A stretch of 64,000 nt of DNA from Polyangiales bacterium (GTDB lineage Bacteria > Myxococcota_A > Polyangia > Polyangiales > Ga0077539), in NCBI GenBank assembly GCA_044229975.1, contig JBGARZ010000012.1, positions 160,001-224,000 on the forward strand, written 5' to 3'. Under the pieces are notes generated by a model that worked only from the letters and a program-made list of their open reading frames with translations, had not been told where the DNA came from and did no database searches. Of the stretch, positions 48,479 through 57,293 are shown piece after piece. The position numbers were made by a program, and so were the translations under genes. Every line of letters begins with the position of its first letter. Position 1 is the first letter of the stretch.

Positions 48479-49354
48479 ATGGCGACGCCCTTCGACAGCC
48501 TGGCGAAAGAGATCCTCGACGTGCTGCTGCACGACCTCGGTCGACTGGAGACCGAGGTGGACGTGCCCGCCCTCTCGTCGCAACGCGCCGACCTGTTCTT
48601 CGTCCCCGAGCCGTTGCGAGACGACGAGCGTCGCGCTCTCGGTCTGCTCGGTCGCATTACGGCGGTGGCCGTGCTGCTGGAGCCCTTCCACGGAGCACCA
48701 AGCCTAGACGATGTGTTCGCGTGCTTGCGCAAGGTGCTCAACCACCGCCACGCGATGCGGTTGGCAAAGCGTCCCGTTGCGGAGCGCGCCTGGTTGTTGT
48801 GCGGCCGTCGCCCCGACGCAGCCTTCCGCGCACTCGGTGCGGTCCCCGCTCCGGGTTGGCCGCGGGGCGTCTATCACCTGAGCGCGGGGATGCCGGTGTC
48901 CTTCGTCGTGCTCTCGGAGCTGGAGGAGACCGACGACACGCTGTCGCTCAGGCTCATGGGATCCGGCGCGACGCTCGCAGCGGCGCTGCGAACACTGCGC
49001 GAGCGCTACAGCGTGTTGCCGCGCGGGCGTGCGTTGTTCGCCGAGGTGGTACAGATGTTCCTGGCAGCGCGGAAACGCGGCGAACGACTCACGGAGGAGT
49101 TCATGGTCGATCTCACTGAGGCCTACGAGTACATGGATCGCCAGCACGAGGAGGGGCTCCAAAAGGGTCGCGAGGAGGGAGCTCGCTCCATGCTGACGCG
49201 CCTCACGGAGCTGAAGCTCGCGCGACCGCTGACCGACGCCGAGCGCGCCGTGATGCTCCAACGCATCGAACTCGACGGCGTCGAGGCAGTGGGCGAGGCG
49301 CTGGTGTCTCTCGACCGCGATGCTCTCGGGGTCTGGCTCTCCTCCTTGCGATGA
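48479..49354 (+). CDS. Hypothetical protein with Rpn/PD-(D/E)XK-like architecture
   Basis: FDSLAK, RADLFF, LLEPF; C-terminal EEGLQKGREEG repeat and DUF4351-like tail. Confidence 0.65.
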   Translation: MATPFDSLAKEILDVLLHDLGRLETEVDVPALSSQRADLFFVPEPLRDDERRALGLLGRITAVAVLLEPFHGAPSLDDVFACLRKVLNHRHAMRLAKRPVAERAWLLCGRRPDAAFRALGAVPAPGWPRGVYHLSAGMPVSFVVLSELEETDDTLSLRLMGSGATLAAALRTLRERYSVLPRGRALFAEVVQMFLAARKRGERLTEEFMVDLTEAYEYMDRQHEEGLQKGREEGARSMLTRLTELKLARPLTDAERAVMLQRIELDGVEAVGEALVSLDRDALGVWLSSLR

Positions 49355-49458
49355 CCGCACGCCGCCCGTGACCGGCGGCTACCTCGGTCACCCCATGACA
49401 CCCCAGCGCATCGTTCAGCCAGTGGCATTCCGAGGCCGATCGGGCGAACCATGCGCGC

Positions 49459-50658
49459 ATGGAGCTCGAACTCTGGTCCCCCCGCGTCGACCCCGCCTTC
49501 GCCGCGACCGTCGCGCGAACCGTCGCTGAGGTCGTCGCGCCCGCAGCGGAAACCATCGACCGCGACGACTGCTACCCGAAGGACGTCGTCCGCTCGCTCG
49601 CGCGGGCGGGCTTCACCGCCGCGACCTTCCCGACCGAGCTCGGCGGCGGCGGCAGACCCTTCGCCGACCTCGTCGCCATCTTCGAGGAGGTCGCCGCGGC
49701 AAGCGCCGCGACGGCCACATCGCTCATCACCATCTTCCAGGCGGGCGAGACGATCCACCTCTTCGGCAGCGAGGCGTTGCAGCGCCGGTACCTGCCCGCC
49801 ATCGCCAACGGGCTGCTGTGCTCCTTCGCGATGACCGAGGCGCGCGGCGGCAGCGACGTGAAGAAGCTCGACACGCGGGCCCGCCGGGAAGGCGACCACT
49901 GGGTGCTCGACGGCAGAAAGTCCTTCGTGACGAGCGCGTCGGCGGCGGAGCTGTTCGTCATCCTCGCCGAGACGGACGCGGGCGTGAGCGCGTTTGCGGT
50001 GCCCAGCGATACGCCGGGCGCGACGCTGCACGCGCCACCGTCGGCGCGCACCTTCGGCCTGCGCAACGGGCCGCACGTCGACCTCGTGCTCGAAGGCGCG
50101 CGGCTGCCGCTCGACCACCTGCTCGGCGAGGAGGGCAAAGGCATCCGCGCCGCGGCGACGACGCTCGACCACTCGCGCGTGCTGGCGGCGGCGATCGGGT
50201 GCGGCATCGCTCGCGCGGCGTTTTCGGGGGCGCTGACCTTCGCGGACAAGCGGAGCGTCTCGGGGCACTACGTCATCGAGATGCAGGGCATCCAGTGGTA
50301 CCTGGCCGACCTGCTCGCGGAGATCGACTCGGCGCGGCTGCTCACCTACGAGGCCGCGCGTCACCTCGACGCGGCAGCACCCACGCACAGGCTCCCGCGC
50401 GAGTCGGAGGCGAGGCGACGCGCCCTGCTCGACATCCAGCGATGGTCGTCGTCGGCGAAGCTCGTCGCGACGCGCACGGCGGTCAACGCGGCGCTCCAGG
50501 CGATCCAGATCTGCGGGGTGCGCGGCTGCGTCGAGACGGCACCGTTCGGGCGCTACCTGCGCGACGCCAAGACCTACGAGATCGCGGGCGGCTCGTCGGA
50601 GATCCTGAAGAACACCCTCGGCGAGTACCTCATGGAAGCCGTCGACGGGCCGGGCTAG
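49459..50658 (+). CDS. Acyl-CoA dehydrogenase
   Basis: FAMTEARGGSD, LDGRKSFVT, QGIQWYLAD, RDAKTYEIAGGSSEI. Confidence 0.93.
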   Translation: MELELWSPRVDPAFAATVARTVAEVVAPAAETIDRDDCYPKDVVRSLARAGFTAATFPTELGGGGRPFADLVAIFEEVAAASAATATSLITIFQAGETIHLFGSEALQRRYLPAIANGLLCSFAMTEARGGSDVKKLDTRARREGDHWVLDGRKSFVTSASAAELFVILAETDAGVSAFAVPSDTPGATLHAPPSARTFGLRNGPHVDLVLEGARLPLDHLLGEEGKGIRAAATTLDHSRVLAAAIGCGIARAAFSGALTFADKRSVSGHYVIEMQGIQWYLADLLAEIDSARLLTYEAARHLDAAAPTHRLPRESEARRRALLDIQRWSSSAKLVATRTAVNAALQAIQICGVRGCVETAPFGRYLRDAKTYEIAGGSSEILKNTLGEYLMEAVDGPG

Positions 50659-50931
50659 CACCGTTCCATCGGGGCCTGAAGCGTTCAGGAGCACCCATTC
50701 CCGTCAGCCCAACGCCCCTCACCGTCGCGGAGCGACGGGGCGACCGCTCACCTCTCCGTCCAGGGCGACGTCGCCAAGATCGCTTGGTTCTCCGTGCCGC
50801 GGGATGAATCCCTCTCACTTCGACACATCGGCGCCCGGGCACAGCGACCTTGAGAGGGATGAGGCTCAGTGCTCCTCGGTCGTCATCTCGCTGGTTGCGC
50901 AAATCGTGGATGCTGCCGACGACCTCCCCCG

Positions 50932-51573
50932 CTACCAGACGCCGACGAGCGCCGCGCCGTTGAGCGACGGGGCGAGGCTCCACGCGATGGCGCTGTTGCG
51001 GTGGCGGGCCGCGCGCGTGGGGATGAGCAGGAGGTTGGCTTCGCCCACGATGACGTCCTGCGCGAAGGTGATGGCGGCCGACACGGGCCGGTCGTAGCCG
51101 ACCCAGAGGATGAGCCCCGAGGCGACCGAGACGACCCCGACGAGCACGTGGTTGTACCAGGCACGCGCGGAGTTTTCGGCGTCGGCGGCGGCGACCATGG
51201 CGGCGTCGATGTTGCCGGTGCGACGCGCGTCCGCCGCGGCACGCCACACGCGCGGGACGGGCGTGATCACCATGCCGGCGACCGCGAGCGCAGCGCACCC
51301 CGCGCCGACGGCGGCGTCGATGCGCAGGCCGGGGTCTTCGAGGGCGAGCGCCAGGGTGGTCTCGGCGACGGCCGCGATGGCGTACGCCGAGGTGAAGCCC
51401 CAGAACCAGATGCGCGCGTGGGTGGCGTCGCGGTCGAGGAGGTCGAGCCGCGGATCAATCACAGGCGCAGGCGCAGGTGCGACGACGACCGGGGCCGCGG
51501 TCGCGGGCGGGTCGGCGAGCGCGGTGACGGGCGCGACGGCGAGCGCGAGGCAGAGGGTGGGTGCGGCGCGCAT
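50932..51573 (-). CDS. Hypothetical membrane protein
   Basis: Signal peptide plus several TM segments; coding-like codons. Confidence 0.7.
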   Translation of the reverse strand: MRAAPTLCLALAVAPVTALADPPATAAPVVVAPAPAPVIDPRLDLLDRDATHARIWFWGFTSAYAIAAVAETTLALALEDPGLRIDAAVGAGCAALAVAGMVITPVPRVWRAAADARRTGNIDAAMVAAADAENSARAWYNHVLVGVVSVASGLILWVGYDRPVSAAITFAQDVIVGEANLLLIPTRAARHRNSAIAWSLAPSLNGAALVGVW

Positions 51574-51619
51574 GGAGGACGAATAACACGGGCCGGGCCG
51601 GTGATACCCTGCGGCGCGC

Positions 51620-52333
51620 ATGAGCCCCTTCGCAGACCCTTGGCCGCACGGTGGCATCGACGAGATCTTCCCCGACGTCTTCCTCGTGCGCGGGACCTTC
51701 CGCAACGGGCCCGGCCTCTCCGTCGGTCGCAACATGACGGTGCTCCGCGATGGCGACGCCCTCACCATCGTCAACGCCGTGCGCCTCGACCCCGCCGGCG
51801 AGCGCGCGCTCGACCAACTCGGAACCGTCCGCCACCTCGTGCGCCTCGGGTTCTTCCACACCCGCGATGACCCGTACTACCGCGACCGCTACGCGCCGAC
51901 GTGCTGGACGTCGCTGCCGCCCGATGCGTCCACCGAGCGCCTCGTCGACGGTGGTGCGAGCCCATCGGCGCGCGCGCAGGTCTTCTCCTTCACCCACGCG
52001 AGCGGCGGCGAAGCGGCCCTCCTCGTGAAGCAACCCGCGGGCAACCTCCTCGTCACCTGCGACAGCGTGCAGCACTGGCCCGACACGTCGGACTGCTCGT
52101 TCCTCGGCGGGCTCGCGTGCCGGGCGCTGGGCTTCCTCCGCAACCGGGCGACCATCGGCCCCATCTGGATGAAGGAGATGACCAACGGCCGACCACACGC
52201 GCTGCGCCCCGACTTCGAACGACTGCTCGCGCAAGACTTCACGCACCTCATCTCCGCCCACGGCAACGTGCTGCGCGACACGGCGCGCGCCGACCTCCGA
52301 CGGTCGTGCGCGACGGCCCTCGGGATGACGTGA
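51620..52333 (+). CDS. DUF4336-like / metallo-beta-lactamase-fold protein
   Basis: RNMTVLR, FHTRDD, LVTCD, ISAHG. Confidence 0.7.
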   Translation: MSPFADPWPHGGIDEIFPDVFLVRGTFRNGPGLSVGRNMTVLRDGDALTIVNAVRLDPAGERALDQLGTVRHLVRLGFFHTRDDPYYRDRYAPTCWTSLPPDASTERLVDGGASPSARAQVFSFTHASGGEAALLVKQPAGNLLVTCDSVQHWPDTSDCSFLGGLACRALGFLRNRATIGPIWMKEMTNGRPHALRPDFERLLAQDFTHLISAHGNVLRDTARADLRRSCATALGMT

Positions 52334-55300
52334 CGCTCCTCGCCGACCGCTTCGAGCTCGGCGCGCCGCTCGGAACGGGCGGCATGGGCGACGTCTTCCG
52401 CGCGACCGACCGTCGCACCGGGCGCGCCGTCGCCGTGAAGGTGCTGCGCTCGCAGGACACCGAGGCACCCAGCGCCGCGCGCTTTGCGGCCGAGATCGAC
52501 GTGCTCGCCGAGCTCGCCCACCCGGGCATCGTCGCGTACGTCGGGCACGGGGTCACCGACGACGGACGACCGTTCCTCGCGATGGAGTGCCTCGAAGGCG
52601 AGGTGCTCACCGCGCGGCTCTCCCGCGGACCGCTCTCGGTGGCCGACACCCTGGCGCTGGTCGGTCGCACGGCCGACGCCCTCCACGCCGCGCACCGCCG
52701 CGGCCTCGTGCACCGCGACGTGAAGCCGTCCAACCTCTTCCTGCGCGACGGTGACGCCGCGCGGGTGACGGTGCTCGACTTCGGCATCGTCCGCGCCGTC
52801 GGCGGCGAGCGCGCCCTCACGCAGAGCGGCGTCATCGTCGGAACGCCCGAGTACATGGCGCCCGAGCAGGCCCAGGGCCTCCGCACCATCGGCCCGGCCG
52901 CGGATGTGTTCGCGCTCGGGTGCGTGTTCTATCAGTGCCTCACGGGGCGCTCGCCCTTCGCGGCGAGTCACCTCGTGGCGACGCTCGGGAAGGTGCTCTT
53001 CGGCGAGCCCGCGCCCATCGAGGCCACGCGACCCGACGTCCCTGCGCCGGTGCGATCGCTCATCGCGCACATGTTGAAGAAGCAACCGCTCGACCGCCCG
53101 AAGGACGGCGGCGCCGTGGTCGCGGCCCTCGCCAACCTCGCCCCACTCCCGCCAACGGTGAGCGTGACCGCGCCCGCACCGATCGGGCTCGGCGCGCGCG
53201 AGCTCGAATTGGTGAGCGTCATCGTGGTGGCCCGACCGGGTGGCCCCGACGACGCCACGCTCGTCAGCGACGAAGCGTCGTCCCCGATCGCCTCCGCGGC
53301 GCGGCGCGCCATCGCGGCCCATGGGGTTCGCACCGAGCGCCTCGCCGACGGCTCCATCGTCGCGACGCTCGGACAGGGCGGCTCCGCGATCGACCTCGCC
53401 GTGCAGGCGGTGAACCTCGCGCGACTCGCCCGGGACGCGTGGCCCGGTGCGCTCGTGGCGGTCGCGACGGCGCGCGGCGTGGCGGGCGAGCGGCTGCCCC
53501 TCGGCGAGGCGCTCGAACGCGCGGCTTCGCTGATCGCAGCGGACCACTCGTCGGCCCGGGTGCGTCTGGACACCGTGACGGCGGCGCTGCTCGACGGGCG
53601 CATCAGCACGGTGCCGACCGGCGACGGGTGGCGCACGCTCGACGACAGCCCCGTGTCCGTCGACGCCTCGCGCCCGCTCCTCGGTCGCGCCACCCCCTGC
53701 GTCGGCCGCGAGCAGGAACTCTCCCTCCTCGAAATGACCATGTCCGCGAGCTTCGACGAGGGGTCCGCGCGGGCCGTCCTCGTGGTCGCGGGCGCGGGCC
53801 TCGGGAAGTCGCGGCTGCGTCACGAGCTCCTGCGGCGGGTGGCCCAACGCGACCCATCACTCCCGGTGCTGCGCCTGGAGGCGAAGGGAGAGCTGCTGCG
53901 CGCGGCGACGCCCCTCGGGCTCGTGGCCCAGTGCCTCCGTCGACACTTCGAGGTCGCCGACGACGAGGCCCCCGAGGCGGCTCGATCGAAGCTCCTGCGC
54001 GGCGTCGCGGCGATGCTGTCCCCCGCGACGGCGACCGGCGTGGCCGAGCTCCTCGGCGAGCTCTGCGACCTGCCCTTCCCCGACGAGCACAGCGTCCGGT
54101 TGCGCGCGGCCCGGCAAGACCCGCGCGTGATGCAGGCGCGGATGAGCGAGGCGTTTCTGGAGTACCTCCGCGGGGCGACCGAGCGTCACGGGGTGTGGTT
54201 CGTGCTCGAAGATCTCCACTGGGGTGACCGCGCCTCGATGAGCCTCGTCGAGCTGGCGCTGCGGGAGTTCGCCGAGCGCCCGCTCTTCGTGGTGGCCTTC
54301 GCGCGGCCGGAGATCCACGAGCTCGCACCGGAGCTGTGGAAGGGCCGCGTGACACTCCTCCCGCTGCGTCCGCTGGGGCGTCGGGCGTGCGAGCGGCTCG
54401 CGACCGCCGTGGCCGGTGATCGCCTCGACGCGACGGCCATCACCCGCATCGCGGAGCAGTCCGACGGCAACGCCCTCTACCTCGAAGAGCTCGTTCGATC
54501 GGCCTGCCACGGCGAGGGCGACGCCCCTCCGGCGACGGTGCTCGCGATGTTGCAGGCGCGCATCGGCTGGCTCGACACCGGCGTGCGGCGGGTGCTTCGC
54601 GCGGCGAGCGTGTTTGGTGAGTGCTTCGCGCTCGAAGGGGTGCGCGCGGTGCTCGGCGTACACCACGAAGACGACGGCGACCGGTCGATGTCCGAGCTGG
54701 TGCGCGAGGAGATCGTCGAGGCCCAGCGCGACGCGCCGGGGTCGTACCGCATCCGCCACGCGCTGATGCGCGACGCCGCGTACGGGTTGCTCACGGACGA
54801 CGATCGCCGGCTCGGTCATCGCCTCGCGGCCGGGTGGCTCGCCGCGCGCGAAGGCGACCCGGCGCCCATCGCGGAGCACCACCTCCTCGGGGGAAGCGCC
54901 GACGACGCGGCGCCGTGGTTCGTGCGAGCGGCGCAGCGCGCCTTCGACCGCGGGGAGTTTCGCGCGTGCGAGGCCCTCGCCCAGAGGGCACGCGCGGCAG
55001 GCGTGGGAGGCGAAGCGCTCGGCGCGCTCGGCGCTTTGGAAGCGTTCGGCGCGATCACCCGGTGGGACTGGACGACCGCGGCCGCGGTGGTGACCGAGTC
55101 GGCGGCGCTGCTCTCCGCGGGGACCACCTACTGGTGCTACGCCCAGCGCACCGTCGCGCAGCTCGCGGCCTATCGCAACGATCGCGCGGCGCTCCAGGCG
55201 TGCATCGAGGGCTTCCTCGCCGCCGATCCGTCGGACGAGGCGACCCTGGTCTACGGCGACACGGCGGTTCACCTGGCGAGCGCGGTGATCCAGGTGGGTC

Positions 55301-56169
55301 TACCTCCGCTCGGGCTCGCGCTGCTGGCGCGGGCAGAGGCGACGTGCGGCGAGCTGCTGCCGCGGTACCCGCTCTTGCTGGCGTGGCTCAACACGGTGCG
55401 CTGCACCTACGAGCGCCACACCGGCGACGCGCTGGCCCCGCAGCTCGCGCTGCTCCGCGAGGCGATCGAGCGGTACACCGAGGGCGGCGGGTCTGAGCTC
55501 ATGGTGGTGTTCGTGGGCGACAACCTGGGCGAGATCGAGTGCCGCGCGGGCGACCTCGCGGCGGGCGAGGCGCGGCTGCGTGCATCGCTCACCGACGCGC
55601 TGGCGCTGGGCATCGGGATGGGCGTCTCCCACGCGCGGCTGGCCCTGGCCAACGGGCTCCTCGCGCAGGGCCGACGCGACGCCGTCGAGGAGGCCGCGCG
55701 GCTCGCGGGCGAGATCCTGGCGACGCCGGGCATCTCGGACGGCTACCAGGCGATGGCGCGCGACGTCCTGGCCGAGACGCTGCTCTCGAACAACGCCTTC
55801 GAGGACGCCGAGCGCGAGGCGCGGACGGCGGTGGCGCTGTCGCCGCACACGCCGGTGCGACGGTGGCTGATGCAGGCGCGATGGAGCCGCGCGCTCATTG
55901 GCCTGGGCCGCGTCGAAGAGGGTTGTCGACGCGCCATGGAGGCCGTCGAGGAGATGGACGCCGCGGGTTCGGGCGGTGGGTACGCCGAGCTGCCGCTGCT
56001 GCTGGCGGCGACGGAGGCGGCCCGACGCGCGCACCGGCCGGACGACGCCGAGCGCCTGGAGCGACGCGCCGACGCGTGGGTCGATCGGCAGTCGGCGGCC
56101 TTCGAGGACGAGACGGCGCGCAAGGCGTACCGCGATCGGGTCGCCCGCGAGCGCCACTCCGAGCGCTGA
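52330..56169 (+). CDS. Ser/Thr kinase - degenerate cyclase-like region - AAA ATPase - TPR-like protein
   Basis: GTGGMG, HRDVKPSN, DFG, YMAPEQ; VGREQE, GAGLGKS, LEDLHWGD, GNALYLEE; helical C-terminus. Confidence 0.92.
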   Translation: MTLLADRFELGAPLGTGGMGDVFRATDRRTGRAVAVKVLRSQDTEAPSAARFAAEIDVLAELAHPGIVAYVGHGVTDDGRPFLAMECLEGEVLTARLSRGPLSVADTLALVGRTADALHAAHRRGLVHRDVKPSNLFLRDGDAARVTVLDFGIVRAVGGERALTQSGVIVGTPEYMAPEQAQGLRTIGPAADVFALGCVFYQCLTGRSPFAASHLVATLGKVLFGEPAPIEATRPDVPAPVRSLIAHMLKKQPLDRPKDGGAVVAALANLAPLPPTVSVTAPAPIGLGARELELVSVIVVARPGGPDDATLVSDEASSPIASAARRAIAAHGVRTERLADGSIVATLGQGGSAIDLAVQAVNLARLARDAWPGALVAVATARGVAGERLPLGEALERAASLIAADHSSARVRLDTVTAALLDGRISTVPTGDGWRTLDDSPVSVDASRPLLGRATPCVGREQELSLLEMTMSASFDEGSARAVLVVAGAGLGKSRLRHELLRRVAQRDPSLPVLRLEAKGELLRAATPLGLVAQCLRRHFEVADDEAPEAARSKLLRGVAAMLSPATATGVAELLGELCDLPFPDEHSVRLRAARQDPRVMQARMSEAFLEYLRGATERHGVWFVLEDLHWGDRASMSLVELALREFAERPLFVVAFARPEIHELAPELWKGRVTLLPLRPLGRRACERLATAVAGDRLDATAITRIAEQSDGNALYLEELVRSACHGEGDAPPATVLAMLQARIGWLDTGVRRVLRAASVFGECFALEGVRAVLGVHHEDDGDRSMSELVREEIVEAQRDAPGSYRIRHALMRDAAYGLLTDDDRRLGHRLAAGWLAAREGDPAPIAEHHLLGGSADDAAPWFVRAAQRAFDRGEFRACEALAQRARAAGVGGEALGALGALEAFGAITRWDWTTAAAVVTESAALLSAGTTYWCYAQRTVAQLAAYRNDRAALQACIEGFLAADPSDEATLVYGDTAVHLASAVIQVGLPPLGLALLARAEATCGELLPRYPLLLAWLNTVRCTYERHTGDALAPQLALLREAIERYTEGGGSELMVVFVGDNLGEIECRAGDLAAGEARLRASLTDALALGIGMGVSHARLALANGLLAQGRRDAVEEAARLAGEILATPGISDGYQAMARDVLAETLLSNNAFEDAEREARTAVALSPHTPVRRWLMQARWSRALIGLGRVEEGCRRAMEAVEEMDAAGSGGGYAELPLLLAATEAARRAHRPDDAERLERRADAWVDRQSAAFEDETARKAYRDRVARERHSER

Positions 56170-56235
56170 CGCCCACCCGTTTCTCCCTCTGGGATTCGGA
56201 GCGCTTGTATTGCCGACCTGCGATCGGTACCGTCG

Positions 56236-57129
56236 ATGTCCGTGTCCACCGACGTGCACGCGACGAACGCCCCCGCTCGATTCGCCCACGGCTCACCCGA
56301 CGCGGAGCTGTTCTGCGAACCCTCCGACGAGGCCCATCGCCTGCTGCGCTGGCTCGGCCCGCTCACGACGCCCACCGACGGTCGCGGCACCCTCCCGTGG
56401 CGCGCGCTGCGGAGCTTCATCATCTCGCCGTTCACGCAGCTCACCTTCGTGAGCTTCGACCTCCAGATGTTTCTCTTCGACGTGTTTCACACGACGCGCA
56501 CCGCCCGCGCGGGCCACTTCATCGGCATGGTCGGCGTCAACCTCTTCGTCCTCGCCCTCGCCGTCCACGCGGGCGGAACTCCCCTCGGCGGCGCGCCCGT
56601 CGCGCTGACGCTCCTCGCCTGGTACGCCGCGGTCGCCTGGACCACCCGCCTCGCGCTCTGGTGGGTCGCCATGGTCGCCGTGGTCGCCGCGCTCTGGGCC
56701 GCCGCGTGCGCGCTCGGCGCTGCGCTCACCGCCTCCGCGCTCGCTCTCGGCGTCGGCATCTCCGGCGCCGTGGTCGCCTTCTCCCACCTCCCCGAACCGC
56801 TCTATCCGCCGCGCGCCGGTGACCCCCTCCGATGGACGACGGTCGGTGGGTTCATCCGCGGCCCCGACGGCGCGCGCAACCCCGCGACCACCATCGTGCT
56901 GCGCGCGGTGCGCGTCTCGTCCTATGTGTTCGTCGGCTGGGTCAGCGAGATCTGGGCGTCGCCGCGGCTGCTCCCCTACAACGTGCTGCGGCTGATGTTT
57001 CGCGCGGGCTACGCGCGCGAGCTCGCCACCGTGCTCGACGAGCGGGCGCGGCGGGCGTGGGCGTCGGGCAACCCTGCGCTCGACTACGTGGGCATCGGCG
57101 GCGGAACCTTCCTCGCTCCTCCGCGCTGA
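56236..57129 (+). CDS. Hypothetical membrane protein, possibly Mpo1/DUF962-like
   Basis: FH...GH and SH..E motifs flanking TM helices. Confidence 0.55.
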   Translation: MSVSTDVHATNAPARFAHGSPDAELFCEPSDEAHRLLRWLGPLTTPTDGRGTLPWRALRSFIISPFTQLTFVSFDLQMFLFDVFHTTRTARAGHFIGMVGVNLFVLALAVHAGGTPLGGAPVALTLLAWYAAVAWTTRLALWWVAMVAVVAALWAAACALGAALTASALALGVGISGAVVAFSHLPEPLYPPRAGDPLRWTTVGGFIRGPDGARNPATTIVLRAVRVSSYVFVGWVSEIWASPRLLPYNVLRLMFRAGYARELATVLDERARRAWASGNPALDYVGIGGGTFLAPPR

Positions 57130-57293
57130 CGAAGCGCACGGCGCCCTTCAGCCTCGCGAAAGGCGGAGCAGGGAATGGCAGCGCTGGGAGGCGCACGGTC
57201 TTCCAGTCCATCCCCTTCACGCGCATGACCCTCGCCGTCGCTCCTCCCCTGCGACCCTGCGCGTCTCTACGACCACCAACCTCCCCCCCGCCG

